Positions 30,417 through 41,796 are shown, counted from the first letter of the stretch. The stretch is DNA of 64,000 nucleotides from an uncultured Verrucomicrobiae bacterium (GCA_963702845.1 OY969763.1:2368001-2432000), one strand, 5' to 3'. Notes: generated by a model not told the origin, from the sequence alone. Numbers and translations are program-made.

Positions 30417-31082
30417 ATGCAAGTAACGCAAAAAAACTTACGCCGATGCGGTTTTACTTTAATCGAGTTGCTGGTCGTTATTGCCATTATTGCGATCCTG
30501 GCAGGTTTGTTGTTACCGGTGCTGAGTCGGGCAAAAGAGAGTGCTCGAACCACCGATTGCCTCAGTCGCTTGAAGCAACTCGGGATAGCGATGCAGGTCT
30601 ATAGCGACGACAACAAACAGTTGTTGCCTGTGGCGCATGAAGTCGTGTTTTGGGGGAACCCAACTCCTTGCACTATTTGCAATACTAACGTCCAGGCGTG
30701 GCTTTTTACGCTGCTTCCGTACTTTCAAAACAGCAATCTCGTCTGCTGCCCATCGCTCTCGAAGCAATATCAACACTCGCGATTCAGCTATTTTATGGGA
30801 GCGCGTGCGGTATGGGTGCAGACCCAAAAACATGGCAGTGTGTCCGTGCCGCAGATGGCGTCGCCGTCGTGCTACATCCTGTCGGGAGATGCCAATGTGG
30901 ATACGAGGCCAGATGACGCTGATCCAGACGATTACGCCGTGGATGTCGCCTTTGGGAACAAATCTCCAGTGCACAATTCGCGGGAAAACATTCTCTTCGC
31001 CGATGGCCACGCAAAGACTTGCCCGAAGTTTGATGTTGGCGAGATGACCTATTTTTATGCGGCCACCAATGCTCCCTTTTGA
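30417..31082 (+). CDS. Prepilin-type N-terminal cleavage/methylation protein with H-X9-DG motif
   Basis: [23 protein letters not shown]...[19 protein letters not shown]. Confidence 0.92.
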   Translation: MQVTQKNLRRCGFTLIELLVVIAIIAILAGLLLPVLSRAKESARTTDCLSRLKQLGIAMQVYSDDNKQLLPVAHEVVFWGNPTPCTICNTNVQAWLFTLLPYFQNSNLVCCPSLSKQYQHSRFSYFMGARAVWVQTQKHGSVSVPQMASPSCYILSGDANVDTRPDDADPDDYAVDVAFGNKSPVHNSRENILFADGHAKTCPKFDVGEMTYFYAATNAPF

Positions 31083-31091
31083 GTGGGTAAG

Positions 31092-31168
31092 AAAAACATG
31101 TCGCTTTTTTCACAGTAAAGGAATCAACATAACACCGCTCGTTAAATTCAAAGAGGAGGGATACGCGA
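31092..31168 (+). promoter_or_regulatory. Conserved upstream region, copy 2 (GGAAT-N16-GTT plus RBS)
   Basis: aaaaacatg...ggaatcaacataaca...cgttaaattcaaagaggaggg. Confidence 0.55.
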
Positions 31169-31996
31169 ATGCAACAAACCCAAAATAGCTGTCGTCGAGC
31201 CGCTTTTACTTTAATTGAGTTGCTTGTCGTTATTGCCATTATTGCAATCCTGGCTTTCCTGCTGTTACCGGTCCTCGGAAGAGCCAAAGTGTTCGCACAA
31301 CGCAAAGCGTGCATGGCAAATTTAAAGTCACTGGCTCTTGGCAGTAAAATGTATGCCGACGATAACCGCGGCAAGCTGGTGGCAAGCTGGCCGTTGGGGT
31401 GGAGCAATTATCCGGTCAATCCATATTCATGGTGTCCAGGCTGGGGCTCGACGGCGCCGCAAGACCTGACCTATGGGCCATCTCCGGAATATAGCTGCAC
31501 GAACGTTTACGCTATCCAACACGGTGCGATCTTTTCTTATGTCCAAAACGCCAAAGCTTTTCGCTGCCCAACCGACCAACGGCTAAGCGACGGCGTCCCA
31601 TTGGTTCGCAGCTACTCGATGAATGCCTGGATGAACGGGCGTAGCTCGGATCCTTCTGGAAATTCCACAACGTTTTTAACACCGGATGACGATGGCGATC
31701 TGACCTATACGTTTTTTCGCAAAGAAAACCAATTAACCAGCCCGTCGAAGTTATGGCTCTTAATCGATGAAGACGATAAGACGATCAACGACTCAATGTT
31801 CATGGTTTTTATGGGGGCGAACAATTACATCTGGGACCAGCCTACGCGACGACATGGCAACAATTACGAATTGGTTTTCGCGGATACGCATGTTGAGCCT
31901 ATGACGCTTGTGAATGGGACATCTGACTGGACAGGAGCCCCGACCAACAGGGACTGGGAAAATCTCAAGTCTCTCACCACGATTCCTCAGCAATGA
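31169..31996 (+). CDS. Prepilin-type N-terminal cleavage/methylation protein, H-X9-DT variant
   Basis: [42 protein letters not shown]. Confidence 0.92.
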   Translation: MQQTQNSCRRAAFTLIELLVVIAIIAILAFLLLPVLGRAKVFAQRKACMANLKSLALGSKMYADDNRGKLVASWPLGWSNYPVNPYSWCPGWGSTAPQDLTYGPSPEYSCTNVYAIQHGAIFSYVQNAKAFRCPTDQRLSDGVPLVRSYSMNAWMNGRSSDPSGNSTTFLTPDDDGDLTYTFFRKENQLTSPSKLWLLIDEDDKTINDSMFMVFMGANNYIWDQPTRRHGNNYELVFADTHVEPMTLVNGTSDWTGAPTNRDWENLKSLTTIPQQ

Positions 31997-32451
31997 AACA
32001 AGCTGGAGCATTTCAAAAGTTCGCAGGCATAGTGCTTGTCTTTTGTGCTGTGCTAATGGTCGGTTGCCATAAAAAATCGTTCTCCCCTCAATCGCGGTTC
32101 CTCGATAGTGACACGAGCGTTGTTCTGGTCGATGCATGGATACTCGATCATGCGCCACCGTTGTTCCAGGCGTTGGTCGAATACGAAGGGGCGAATCCGA
32201 TTCAAAAATATGACATGCGCGCCATCTTACGCTCAATGGATGGCCGTAATGGAAGAGGAAATCTTTGGAACCATCCAGTTCCAGTTGCACCAGGGAAAGA
32301 CGGGAAAGCGCGTGTGATTTGGGAATTTATCGATTTACCATCTGAAATAAAATCGATCAGCCTGCAAATTGATTTTACAGATAAACAAATCCACACGGTT
32401 CAATCGCTCAAGTTTGACCTCCCGTCTCGCAGCCAACTTAAGACAAAGTAG
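31993..32451 (+). CDS. Hypothetical lipoprotein
   Basis: ATGA overlap with the upstream gene; lipobox-like LMVGC. Confidence 0.7.
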   Translation: MKQAGAFQKFAGIVLVFCAVLMVGCHKKSFSPQSRFLDSDTSVVLVDAWILDHAPPLFQALVEYEGANPIQKYDMRAILRSMDGRNGRGNLWNHPVPVAPGKDGKARVIWEFIDLPSEIKSISLQIDFTDKQIHTVQSLKFDLPSRSQLKTK

Positions 32452-32587
32452 TATTGGCATTTGCCTGGAAGAATCGGTCGATGTGGAAATCGTCCTACCC
32501 GGGATTGAATGCGCCTCATATCGTTTTCGTCTGCAACTGTGGACTTTTGCGTAACCGTTTTGTAGGATCACGTATCTATCCCTGTGC

Positions 32588-35035
32588 ATGTGTTGGATTG
32601 CTGTTCGTAGTGCTGTTGTCGCCGCGCTTTTTTGCGCGACGCTCACGCTTTGCGCCGCGAAAGAGAACAATCAATCCGACAAAGGCATCGAGTTTTTTGA
32701 GAAAAACATCCGGCCAGTGCTCGTGACGCAGTGTTACAAATGTCACAGCACAAAAAGTGTGAAGGTCAAAGGCGGACTCCTGGTCGATTCGCGCGATGGA
32801 TTGTTGAAAGGCGGCACATCGGGTCCGGCCATCGTGCCGAAACAGCCGAAGAAAAGTCTATTGCTCAAAGCGGTGAGTTATTCGGACGCCGATTTGCAGA
32901 TGCCGCCGAAGAACAAGTTGTCGGCGCAACAAATCAAAGATCTGGAAACGTGGATCAAAATGGGCGCTCCGAACCCACGTCATGCAACCGTCACCATAAC
33001 CCCCACCCCGCTCTCAACGAACCTTTGGTCGCTGAAACCAATCAGCAAACCAGCCCTGCCGAAAGTTCGTAATGCCGATTGGGCAAAAAGTCCCGTTGAC
33101 CTTTTCATTCTCGCGAAACTCGAAGACAAAGGTCTGACACCGGTCGCTTCTGCGACTAAACGAACGCTCATCCGGCGGGCCACGTTCGATCTGATCGGGC
33201 TTCCACCAACACCGGAAGAGATCGACGCGTTCTTAAAAGACAAGTCACCGCACGCATTCGAGCGCGTTGTAGACCGCCTCCTGGCGTCGCCGCATTATGG
33301 CGAGCGTTGGGGACGCCATTGGCTGGACCTGGTTCGTTACGCCGACACCTCCGGCTGCAACTCGGATTTTCCCGTGCCGTCCGCGTATCGTTATCGCAAC
33401 TACGTCATCGACAGCTTCAATTCCGACAAACCTTATCCCGAATTTATCCGCGAACAGATCGCGGGCGACTTACTCCCCGCAAAAAACGTCGAGCAGCGGA
33501 ACGAACACATTATTGCCACGGGTTATCTCGCGATTTCGCGCCGGTTCGGTTCGCGCGCCCAGGAAATGCATCTCACGCTCGAAGACACGATTGATAATCT
33601 CGGCAAGACGATGCTCGGCCTGAGCGTCGGTTGCGCGCGTTGTCACGACCACAAATTCGATCCCATCCCGACGCGCGATTACTACGCGCTCTATGGAATT
33701 TTCAACAGCACTCGCTACGCATTCCCTGGCACGGAAGTCTATCGACACCCGAAAAATTTCGTTCCGCTCAACGGTGGCACGAACATGGAGGAAATCGCGC
33801 AACACGAAACCGAGCTCAGCCAACTCGATGATGAGTTGGAAAAGCTTTCAGACGAAAAACGCGCGCTGCGCCGATTCGATAAGGCAAAGCATGACGACGA
33901 TAAAACTGAGGAAGCTACTCCCGAGCAAATGCAAAAGTTACTCGAGATCAAAGCGGCCATCGAGGACGTGCGCACGCGTCAGAAACTTTTGGAATCGGAG
34001 ATTCCCAATATCGACCGCGCCTACGCTGTTTCTGAAGGGACACCAGCGAACGCCAAAATTCAAATCAGAGGCATGCCATCTGACCCGGGCGCCGAAGCTC
34101 CGCGAGGTTTTCTGCAGGTGCTCGGTGGGCAAACAGTGCCGGCTGATGAAAAAGGAAGCGGGCGCCGTGAACTGGCTGAATGGTTGACCGCCACCCACAA
34201 TCCGCTGACATGGCGCGTGATGGCCAACCGCATTTGGGAATACCACTTTGGACGCGGGCTTGTGCAAAGCGCCAGCGACTTCGGCACACGAGGCAAACCG
34301 CCGACGCATCCGGAATTGCTCGACTATCTCGCGTCACGATTTTTAGAAAGCGGCGGCTCCATTAAACAGATGCATCGCCTCGTCATGCTGTCGCAGGTCT
34401 ATCAACTTTCTGCCGCCGAAAATGACCACGACTATGCAACGGATGTGAACAACGATTTTCTTTGGCGCTTCAACCGGCAACGACTCGAAGCCGAAGAAAT
34501 CCGCGACACCATTTTGGCGATCAGCGGTGCGCTGGATCTAACGCGCGGCGAGGGTCACCCTTTTCCGCCCGAAAGCGACTGGAAATACTCGCAGCACAAA
34601 CCGTTTGTTGCCGATTACGAATCGAACCGTCGCAGTGTTTACCTCATGCAACAACGGATTCGGCAGCAGCCCTTTTTAGCATTATTCGATGGAGCGGACG
34701 CCAACGCGACCACCCCCGAGCGGCCACTCAGCGCGAGTCCTCTCCAAGCGCTATTCCTGATGAACGATCCGTTTGTCTACGCGCAGGCCGACAATTTTGC
34801 CGTCCGGCTCGCCCTGGCATTCTCCAAAACCGCCGACCGTATCAACTACGCCTACCAACTTGCGTTCGGACGACCGGCCACACGCGCCGAAATTCGCGAA
34901 GCCCAAGCGTATCTCAAACAATGCGGCGTAGAATTAACTCAGGCCGGAACGCCCGTTGAGGAGCGATCGCGCGCGGCTTTGGCCAGTTTCGCGCGCGTGA
35001 TTTTCAGCAGCAACGAATTCTTTTTTGTCGAATGA
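32588..35035 (+). CDS. Planctomycete cytochrome c / DUF1549 / DUF1553 (PSD1) protein
   Basis: FFEKNIRPVL..CYKCH, MPPK, YGERWGRHWLD, CARCHDHKFDP, PTHPELLDYLA, NEFFFVE. Confidence 0.95.
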   Translation: MCWIAVRSAVVAALFCATLTLCAAKENNQSDKGIEFFEKNIRPVLVTQCYKCHSTKSVKVKGGLLVDSRDGLLKGGTSGPAIVPKQPKKSLLLKAVSYSDADLQMPPKNKLSAQQIKDLETWIKMGAPNPRHATVTITPTPLSTNLWSLKPISKPALPKVRNADWAKSPVDLFILAKLEDKGLTPVASATKRTLIRRATFDLIGLPPTPEEIDAFLKDKSPHAFERVVDRLLASPHYGERWGRHWLDLVRYADTSGCNSDFPVPSAYRYRNYVIDSFNSDKPYPEFIREQIAGDLLPAKNVEQRNEHIIATGYLAISRRFGSRAQEMHLTLEDTIDNLGKTMLGLSVGCARCHDHKFDPIPTRDYYALYGIFNSTRYAFPGTEVYRHPKNFVPLNGGTNMEEIAQHETELSQLDDELEKLSDEKRALRRFDKAKHDDDKTEEATPEQMQKLLEIKAAIEDVRTRQKLLESEIPNIDRAYAVSEGTPANAKIQIRGMPSDPGAEAPRGFLQVLGGQTVPADEKGSGRRELAEWLTATHNPLTWRVMANRIWEYHFGRGLVQSASDFGTRGKPPTHPELLDYLASRFLESGGSIKQMHRLVMLSQVYQLSAAENDHDYATDVNNDFLWRFNRQRLEAEEIRDTILAISGALDLTRGEGHPFPPESDWKYSQHKPFVADYESNRRSVYLMQQRIRQQPFLALFDGADANATTPERPLSASPLQALFLMNDPFVYAQADNFAVRLALAFSKTADRINYAYQLAFGRPATRAEIREAQAYLKQCGVELTQAGTPVEERSRAALASFARVIFSSNEFFFVE

Positions 35036-36411
35036 TTCACTCACCTTATTCCGTCAGTCGTCGACACATGATTCGCTCGCTCGTGAGTGGCTCAATTTTG
35101 TTGCCGGGAATCTTGTCACAACTGCTCGCGCAGGATGCCGACGATGATAGCCCGCTCGCGCCGCGCACACCGCATTTTCCCGCGCGCGCCAAACGCGTCA
35201 TCTTCCTCTACATGTCTGGAGGCACGTCGCACATCGATACGTTCGATCCAAAACCAAAGCTCATTGCCAGTCACGCCCAGCACGTTGATAGCAAGAAACC
35301 AGCGGGCCCGCGTTACCTTGCGCCGCTGTGGGATTTTAAACCGGGCGGCAAATGCGGCATTCAAGTCAGCGACCTGTTTCCCAACATCCGCGAGTGCGTG
35401 GATGACATTTGTCTTATTCGTTCGATGCACGGTGATGCCGGAGACCATTTTCAAGCGACACTCGGAATTCATACCGGTTCAGTGACGGTGAAGCGTCCGA
35501 GCCTTGGTTCCTGGGTAAGCTACGGCCTCGGAACCGAAAACCAGAATCTGCCGTCCTTCGTTGTGCTCGCCCCGGATTTGCCATACGCCGGCAGCCAGGT
35601 CTGGAGTTCGGATTTTCTGCCCGGCTACCATCAAGGCACCCGCATCACCAACGGACCCGAACCTATCCCCGACTTAAATCGCCGCGCGCCTTCCAAAGCG
35701 ATTCAGGAACTTGAGCTTTCTTTGATCGACCGTTTCAATCGCAAACATCAACAGACGCGACCCACGGATAATCTCCTCGCAGCTCGATTGAAATCGTTCG
35801 AAACCGCTTACGGCATGCAACGCGCCATGCCTGAGGTGATGGATTTGAGCAAAGAAACCGACGCGACGCTCAATCTCTATGGATTGGAACGCGGCAGCAC
35901 CAAAGGTTTCGGCTGGCAATGTTTGGTCGCGCGACGCATGGCCGAGCGCGGCGTGCGTTTTATTGAGTTGATCGACGTTGGTTCGCACGACAATTGGGAC
36001 GCGCATGCTGACATGAAATCGCACGAGCCCCTGGCTCAAAATGTCGATAAGCCGATTGCCGGTCTGCTGCGCGATTTGAAATCACGCGGCATGCTTGACG
36101 ACACGTTGGTGGTGTGGACAACTGAGTTCGGTCGCACCCCTGCCAGCGAAGGCCAGAAAGGTCGCGGACATCACAACCGCGCATTCACATCGTGGCTGGC
36201 GGGAGGCGGTGTGAAGGGCGGTTATGTTTACGGTAAAAGCGATGACTACGGCGATGGCATCGCGGAAAATCCCGTTCACACGCACGACTTTCATGCGACG
36301 ATTTTGCATCTACTCGGCTTCGACCATACGAAGCTGACCTTCCGGCACGCGGGCCGCGATTTTCGCCTCACGGATGTGGCGGGGAATGTGATCAAAGATC
36401 TGATTGCCTAG
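35032..36411 (+). CDS. DUF1501 domain protein (Tat-type leader)
   Basis: SRRHMI, AKRVIFLYMSGG.SHIDTFDPKP, WDAH, EFGRTP, GRDFRLTDV. Confidence 0.95.
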   Translation: MIHSPYSVSRRHMIRSLVSGSILLPGILSQLLAQDADDDSPLAPRTPHFPARAKRVIFLYMSGGTSHIDTFDPKPKLIASHAQHVDSKKPAGPRYLAPLWDFKPGGKCGIQVSDLFPNIRECVDDICLIRSMHGDAGDHFQATLGIHTGSVTVKRPSLGSWVSYGLGTENQNLPSFVVLAPDLPYAGSQVWSSDFLPGYHQGTRITNGPEPIPDLNRRAPSKAIQELELSLIDRFNRKHQQTRPTDNLLAARLKSFETAYGMQRAMPEVMDLSKETDATLNLYGLERGSTKGFGWQCLVARRMAERGVRFIELIDVGSHDNWDAHADMKSHEPLAQNVDKPIAGLLRDLKSRGMLDDTLVVWTTEFGRTPASEGQKGRGHHNRAFTSWLAGGGVKGGYVYGKSDDYGDGIAENPVHTHDFHATILHLLGFDHTKLTFRHAGRDFRLTDVAGNVIKDLIA

Positions 36412-36434
36412 TCAACTAGCTCAGTCAAAAGAAG

Positions 36435-36460
36435 AAGAGCCCTCGGTTTTCGAAGGCTCT
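36435..36460. terminator. Hairpin between convergent genes, probable terminator
   Basis: agagccctcg-gtttt-cgaaggctct preceded by an A-rich tract. Confidence 0.5.
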
Positions 36461-36567
36461 GGCAGGTGTCAGAGGGATAGTGCGTTTAGGATTCAGGTTT
36501 GATTAACCCTTGGCCTTACGCGGCTCGTTAATAATAGAAACACCGCGGTTTGGAAAAGTTTCGCGGA

Positions 36568-37545
36568 CTATTTCGCGAGATGGCAGGCAGCCCAGTGACC
36601 GGTCGAAAGTTGCCGCAGTTCAGGCACTTCTGTTTGACACTGCGACTGAGCAATTGGACAGCGCGGATGAAATGGACATCCGGAGGGCGGATTGATTGGC
36701 GATGGGATTTCACCGGCTAACACGATGCGCGCGCGCTTGGCGTCGGGATCTACAACCGGCACCGCAGAAATGAGCGCCTGGGTATACGGATGCTTCGGAC
36801 TGCGCACGACGCTTTTGGCCGGGCCGAGTTCTACCACGCGGCCGAGATACATCACCATGATGCGTTGACTGATGTGTTCGACGACGGCAAGGTCGTGCGC
36901 AACGAACAAGAAGGCGACGCCTCGCTCGCGTTGAAGGTCTTGTAAAAGATTGATGATTTGGGCTTGAACGGAAACGTCGAGCGCGCTGACGGGTTCGTCA
37001 CAAACGATCAGCTCAGGTTCAACCGCGAGCGCGCGAGCGATGCCGATGCGTTGACGTTGGCCGCCGCTGAATTCGTGTGGGTAACGTTGAGCGTGGATCG
37101 GGTCGAGTCCAACAGAGGTGAGTAGTTGCTCGATGCGTTTATTGCGATCGCCGTTTTGAGCAAGGCGATGGATATCCAATGCTTCCCCGATAATTTCACC
37201 AACCGTCATGCGCGGGTTAAGCGAATTGTACGGGTCCTGGAAAATCATCTGGAACTTGCGACGCTTCGCGCGTAGAGCGGCACCTTCGAGGTCGGCGATG
37301 TTTTGGCCGTCCAAAAAGATTTCGCCGGATGTCGGCTGGATTAATTTGACGATGGCACGACCGAGGGTCGTTTTGCCACAGCCGCTTTCGCCGACGAGTC
37401 CGAGAGTTTCGCCTGGGGCAACGTCGAAGCTGACGCCGTCCACAGCTTTGACGAATTGTTTCGTCTTACTGAACATCCCCTGCCGCACGGGAAAATGGAC
37501 CTTCAGGTCACGGACGCTCAAACCCGCTTCGTCGCCAACATTCAT
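36568..37545 (-). CDS. oppF: Oligopeptide/dipeptide ABC transporter ATP-binding subunit (OppF/DppF type)
   Basis: [42 protein letters not shown] coupling to pepF. Confidence 0.9.
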   Translation of the reverse strand: MNVGDEAGLSVRDLKVHFPVRQGMFSKTKQFVKAVDGVSFDVAPGETLGLVGESGCGKTTLGRAIVKLIQPTSGEIFLDGQNIADLEGAALRAKRRKFQMIFQDPYNSLNPRMTVGEIIGEALDIHRLAQNGDRNKRIEQLLTSVGLDPIHAQRYPHEFSGGQRQRIGIARALAVEPELIVCDEPVSALDVSVQAQIINLLQDLQRERGVAFLFVAHDLAVVEHISQRIMVMYLGRVVELGPAKSVVRSPKHPYTQALISAVPVVDPDAKRARIVLAGEIPSPINPPSGCPFHPRCPIAQSQCQTEVPELRQLSTGHWAACHLAK

Positions 37546-39275
37546 CAATTGAGTTTTTCGAGTTCGGTGCTGATTAGCTGGACCAACGGTTTCACCGTCT
37601 CACGGCTGAAATCAAAACGGCAGCCGGCCGCCTCGAACAACTCGGGCAATGGACGCGAACCGCCGAGTGCGAGACCGCGATGGTATTCGCTCAAGGCTTT
37701 CGCGCGGTCTTTGCGCGAGTTGGCCCAGATCTGTAATGCGCCGAGCTGTGCGATGCCGTATTCCACGTAGTAAAACGGATGCAGGAAAATGTGGAGTTGG
37801 CGATGCCACAAGTTCGCGCGCGCTTTTTCGTAACCGCTCCAATCGACGTCGCCGCCAAAGCGGTCCATCAAATCCATCCAGGCTTTCTGACGTTGATCGC
37901 GGGTGTGGCCGGGATGCGAGTAGATCCAATGTTGGAACGCATCGACGGTCGCGATCCACGGGAAGATTTCCACAATGCCCTCGAGATGATCGCGGCGGGC
38001 GCGACGCGCGTCGTTGGCATTGTAAAACGCTTCAATGAATTCGTTGCCGAGCAATTCCATGCTCATCGACGCGACTTCGCAGAATTCGATTGGGGCGCTG
38101 CGATATGGATAAATATCTTCTTCCTTTGTCGCGAGCGCGTGGAAAGCGTGGCCGGCTTCGTGCAAAATTGTTTCGACGTCGCGTTGGACGCCGATGGCAT
38201 TCATGAAGATGAACGGCAGGCGCGCTTCGTTCAGCGTCGATTGATAGCCGCCGGGCGCTTTGCCTTTGCGATTATCCAGGTCGAGCAAGCACTTGTTGTT
38301 CATGAGCGCGAACTCGTCGGCGAGTTGTTTGTCGACTTGATTGAAAATTATTTGGGTCTTGTCGACCATCGTTTCGACTTTTTCAAATGGCCGAAGCGCC
38401 GGACGATTCAACGCGTCGACAGCGAGGTCCCACGGGCGGAGTTTCTCGAGGCCGAGTTGTTTGCGGCGCTCGGCCTGGAGTGTTTTGAGAACGGGCATGA
38501 CCTCTTTCTCAATTGCTTCGTGGAACTTCAGGCAATCCTCGGGCGTATAGTCGAAACGGCCTTTGGCGCGGAACGCGTAATCGAGATAGTTTTTGAACCC
38601 GGCGTTCTTGGCGATTTGTTCGCGGATTTTGAGGAGTTGATCGAAGATCTCTTCGCACTTCTCCGCTTCCTGGAGACGACGGTTGGCGACCAGTTCCCAC
38701 GCCTCTTTGCGCAAAGGACGATCAGGTTCTTCTAAATAGCGCCCCATCTGCACAAGCGTCTGTTCCTTGCCTTGGAATTGGACGGTCAACGAACCAATGA
38801 GCTTTTGGTATTGTTGCGAGAGCTTGGCTTCTTCGGTTTCGAGCGGGACGTTTTCGGGACGATAGAGTTCGACGCTGACTTTGGTGTCGCGATCGAAAAC
38901 GAGGTAGCGCTCTTTCGGCAAATCTTTGCGCGCGGGACTGGCGAGATAGAGCTCGTTGAGCTTGAAACGGCGCGGCTTGATCTCGGGTTCGATGTGTTCG
39001 ACGAAATGGAGGTAAGCCTTTTCCGCGTCCGCGTTATCCGTGTGGCACGTCATGGCGATGTAACGGCGCGACGCTTCTTCATCGAGCGCGGCGAATAATT
39101 CGCTGCTATCGACCAGCCACTGTTCCAACTGCGGCACGGTTTTAGCGGATTGGATTTGAGATTCGAGTTCGTCGAACAACGGCGCGATCTGTTTCCAGTC
39201 GCCGAGATCGATTTCCTTCGGGACGAAAGAACGTGGCCGATATGGCGGCAAATTTTCGAAAGGCAACAAATTCAT
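37545..39275 (-). CDS. pepF: Oligoendopeptidase F, M3B family
   Basis: [30 protein letters not shown]. Confidence 0.92.
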   Translation of the reverse strand: MNLLPFENLPPYRPRSFVPKEIDLGDWKQIAPLFDELESQIQSAKTVPQLEQWLVDSSELFAALDEEASRRYIAMTCHTDNADAEKAYLHFVEHIEPEIKPRRFKLNELYLASPARKDLPKERYLVFDRDTKVSVELYRPENVPLETEEAKLSQQYQKLIGSLTVQFQGKEQTLVQMGRYLEEPDRPLRKEAWELVANRRLQEAEKCEEIFDQLLKIREQIAKNAGFKNYLDYAFRAKGRFDYTPEDCLKFHEAIEKEVMPVLKTLQAERRKQLGLEKLRPWDLAVDALNRPALRPFEKVETMVDKTQIIFNQVDKQLADEFALMNNKCLLDLDNRKGKAPGGYQSTLNEARLPFIFMNAIGVQRDVETILHEAGHAFHALATKEEDIYPYRSAPIEFCEVASMSMELLGNEFIEAFYNANDARRARRDHLEGIVEIFPWIATVDAFQHWIYSHPGHTRDQRQKAWMDLMDRFGGDVDWSGYEKARANLWHRQLHIFLHPFYYVEYGIAQLGALQIWANSRKDRAKALSEYHRGLALGGSRPLPELFEAAGCRFDFSRETVKPLVQLISTELEKLN

Positions 39276-39289
39276 AGGCGTAAGATAAG

Positions 39290-41134
39290 TTAAACGGATG
39301 CAGTTGTCGCCTTGGAAACTTTTCCGGGCGCAATCGGCGCCGCAGTCCACAAACGATTGACGGTCCAGACCAAAATTGCGGCGGTCACGACTGCGATGCA
39401 CATCAAGCCGATGGCGGCATTAGTGCGGCCGTAAAGGTAATTACCGATTGCAAACAACGCGGACCAAATCAGTGCGCAGCCGGAGCTCCAGCCAATCATC
39501 GCGAGCGGGATGTTTTCGCCACTGCTGGATTTGGGCAGGCCAGCTTGTTTGCGGATGATTTCCCAGCCGGGCCCGAACGGTCGGACGCGTTTGTAGAAGT
39601 CGATGAGGATGGCGCGGTCGGTTTGCGGGCCGACGAGCGCAGTGACAACCCAGCAAACAGTAGTGACCATGACGGTGATGAGGAGGGCGTGATCGGTGCT
39701 GAAGCTGATTCCATTTTTGTTGAGGATCAGCAAAGTGATGGATGCGCCGAACGAACTGATCATCGCAACGACTTCGCACCATGCAGTGATGCGCCACCAG
39801 AACCATCGGAGTAAATAAAGCAAGCCTGTGCCGGCGCCGACCTGGAGCATGATATCGAAACTGTTTTTAGCACTGTCCATGAGATACACGACGGCCGATG
39901 AGAACAGGAACAGCACGATCGTAGCAACGCGCGCGGTCATGACGTAATGCTTTTCGGATGCGCCGGGTTTGACGAAGCGTTGATAGAAATCGTGCACCAG
40001 ATAGGACGCGCCCCAATTCAGGAGCGTGAGAAGCGTGGATGAGTTCGCGGCGATGAGACCGCCAACCATGAGGCCGACGAAACCGACCGGCAGAAATTTC
40101 AGCATCGCAGGATAAGCGATGTCGTGGCCGAGCAACGCGGGGTCGAGATTCGGGAAGGCGGCTTTGATGTCGGACAGGTTTGGATAAACGATGAGCGAGC
40201 AGAGCGCAACGAGTATCCAAGGCCAGGGGCGCAGGATGTAATGGGCGATGTTGAAAAACAGAACTGCGCCGAGCGAATCTTTTTCGGACTTGGACGCGAG
40301 CATGCGTTGGGCGATGAAGCTTCCCCAACCCGGTTCGGAACCGGGATACCACACGGCCCACCATTGGACGGTGAGCGGCATGATGAACACGGCGACGGCA
40401 ATGTCCCAGTTGTTGGTGAAGTCGGGGAGAATGTTCAGGTAGTGCAAGGTGGTCTTACCGTCGGGCGCGGTCATCGGTCCGGAAAGTTTGTCGACGAGGA
40501 CGTGCATGCCGCCGACGTGTTTAACGGCGAAGTACGCGGCTGCAACCACGGCGGTCATCTTGATAAAGAACTGAATCATGTCGATGACGAGCGCGCCCCA
40601 TAGACCGGAGTAAGTTGCGAACACGACATTCAGAACGCCGACGAACAGGAGTGTTTCCCAACGTGGCAAACCGAAGAGGACGTTGGCGATCTTGCAGGCG
40701 GCCAGATTGACGGACGCGATGATGATGGAGTTGAAAAACAGCCCGAGATAAATAGCGCGAAAGCCGCGGACGAAGGTGGCGGCTTTGCCAGAGTAACGGA
40801 TTTCGTAGAACTCGAGATCCGTCATGACTTCGGACCGACGCCACAAGCGAGCGTAGAAAAAGACGGTGGCAACACCAGTGATGGCGAAGGCCCACCAGCA
40901 CCAGTTTCCGGCCACGCCGTTTTTACGAACGATGTCCGTGACGAGATTTGGTGTGTCGCTGCTGAAAGTGGTTGCGACCATGGAAAGCCCGGCGAGCCAC
41001 CACGGCACGCTGCGGCCCGAAACGAAAAATTCGGACATGCTCTTCCCTGCCCTTTTGCCGAAGAACAAAGCCGGCACGAAGCAGACGAGCAAGCTCGCGA
41101 TGATGATTATCCAATCTATAAATTGCAGGCGCAT
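39290..41134 (-). CDS. Sodium:solute symporter family protein
   Basis: SMVATTFSSDTP, IAQRML, RPWPWI, LRWFWWR; about 14 TM segments. Confidence 0.92.
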   Translation of the reverse strand: MRLQFIDWIIIIASLLVCFVPALFFGKRAGKSMSEFFVSGRSVPWWLAGLSMVATTFSSDTPNLVTDIVRKNGVAGNWCWWAFAITGVATVFFYARLWRRSEVMTDLEFYEIRYSGKAATFVRGFRAIYLGLFFNSIIIASVNLAACKIANVLFGLPRWETLLFVGVLNVVFATYSGLWGALVIDMIQFFIKMTAVVAAAYFAVKHVGGMHVLVDKLSGPMTAPDGKTTLHYLNILPDFTNNWDIAVAVFIMPLTVQWWAVWYPGSEPGWGSFIAQRMLASKSEKDSLGAVLFFNIAHYILRPWPWILVALCSLIVYPNLSDIKAAFPNLDPALLGHDIAYPAMLKFLPVGFVGLMVGGLIAANSSTLLTLLNWGASYLVHDFYQRFVKPGASEKHYVMTARVATIVLFLFSSAVVYLMDSAKNSFDIMLQVGAGTGLLYLLRWFWWRITAWCEVVAMISSFGASITLLILNKNGISFSTDHALLITVMVTTVCWVVTALVGPQTDRAILIDFYKRVRPFGPGWEIIRKQAGLPKSSSGENIPLAMIGWSSGCALIWSALFAIGNYLYGRTNAAIGLMCIAVVTAAILVWTVNRLWTAAPIAPGKVSKATTASV

Positions 41135-41258
41135 GGATTTGGGTGATTTAACTGGAAATGGTGGATGGGTTCAACTGTGGAGCGTGGCGTTCATGTCCGT
41201 ATTTTCAAGTTGTTCAGGTGTATTCATAGGTTTGGTAAAAATATTTTTTAGGGTTTTA

Positions 41259-41358
41259 GTGGACGCAGGTGGTCGTTGCTGGACGAAATTGGATGTTAAT
41301 GGGCGAAAGCGGGCATCCCCTTTGGTCGAAATTGGACGAAATTGGGCAGGCGTGGGTC
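41259..41358 (-). repeat. 10-bp periodic tandem array (TGGACGAAAT unit)
   Basis: ggacgcaggt ggtcgttgct ggacgaaatt ggatgttaat gggcgaaagc ... tggtcgaaat tggacgaaat tgggcaggcg. Confidence 0.8.
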
Positions 41359-41465
41359 GCCAGCAAGCCGGAGTCACCACCGACAAATCATTGTCGTGGC
41401 TCGCTTGATTCAGTTCGGGAATCCCCGCGTTGTCTTTATGTTGCTTGTTTCGCATAACGTGACGG

Positions 41466-41493
41466 ATGATGCCATAAAGGGGCTACTCGTCAA
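41466..41493 (-). promoter_or_regulatory. Possible sigma70-type promoter TTGACG-N16-CATCAT
   Basis: Minus-strand match 11 nt upstream of the small ORF start at 41455. Confidence 0.4.
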
Positions 41494-41499
41494 AAACTG

Positions 41500-41652
41500 T
41501 AGGGAAAGGAGGGAAACCAGGGAAAGAAACAGCACTTTTTCTAACCACCAAGTCACCAAGGCACAAAGATTGCTAGCCACGAATCGAACACTGATCGGCA
41601 AAAACCACAGAGACACAGAGGCACAGAGAGTTGCCGGAAAACACGCACTGAT
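41500..41652 (+). repeat. Cluster of different short 8-9-mer purine-rich tandem repeats
   Basis: agggaaagg agggaaacc agggaaag; caccaagt caccaagg cacaaag; cacagaga cacagagg cacagag; two copies of cactgat. Confidence 0.75.
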
Positions 41653-41796
41653 ATGAGCTCTGAGGTTCCTTTGCTTGACTGTCCATAGAATATGTTCAGG
41701 GTAATGCAAGAGGCCGGTAAACTTGGAAATGCGCTAATAAGCTTATCAGGTCAAATCGGCATAATAATCGATGATAAAACGCCTACACGCACCGCG

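Noticed and set aside
30417..31996. Diversity-generating retroelement acting on the prepilin pair
   Set aside because: No reverse transcriptase; similarity is 5'-terminal and differences are not adenine-specific
40321..40335. EPGWGS in the symporter where a Gly run would be expected
   Set aside because: A single-base difference; cannot tell variant from error
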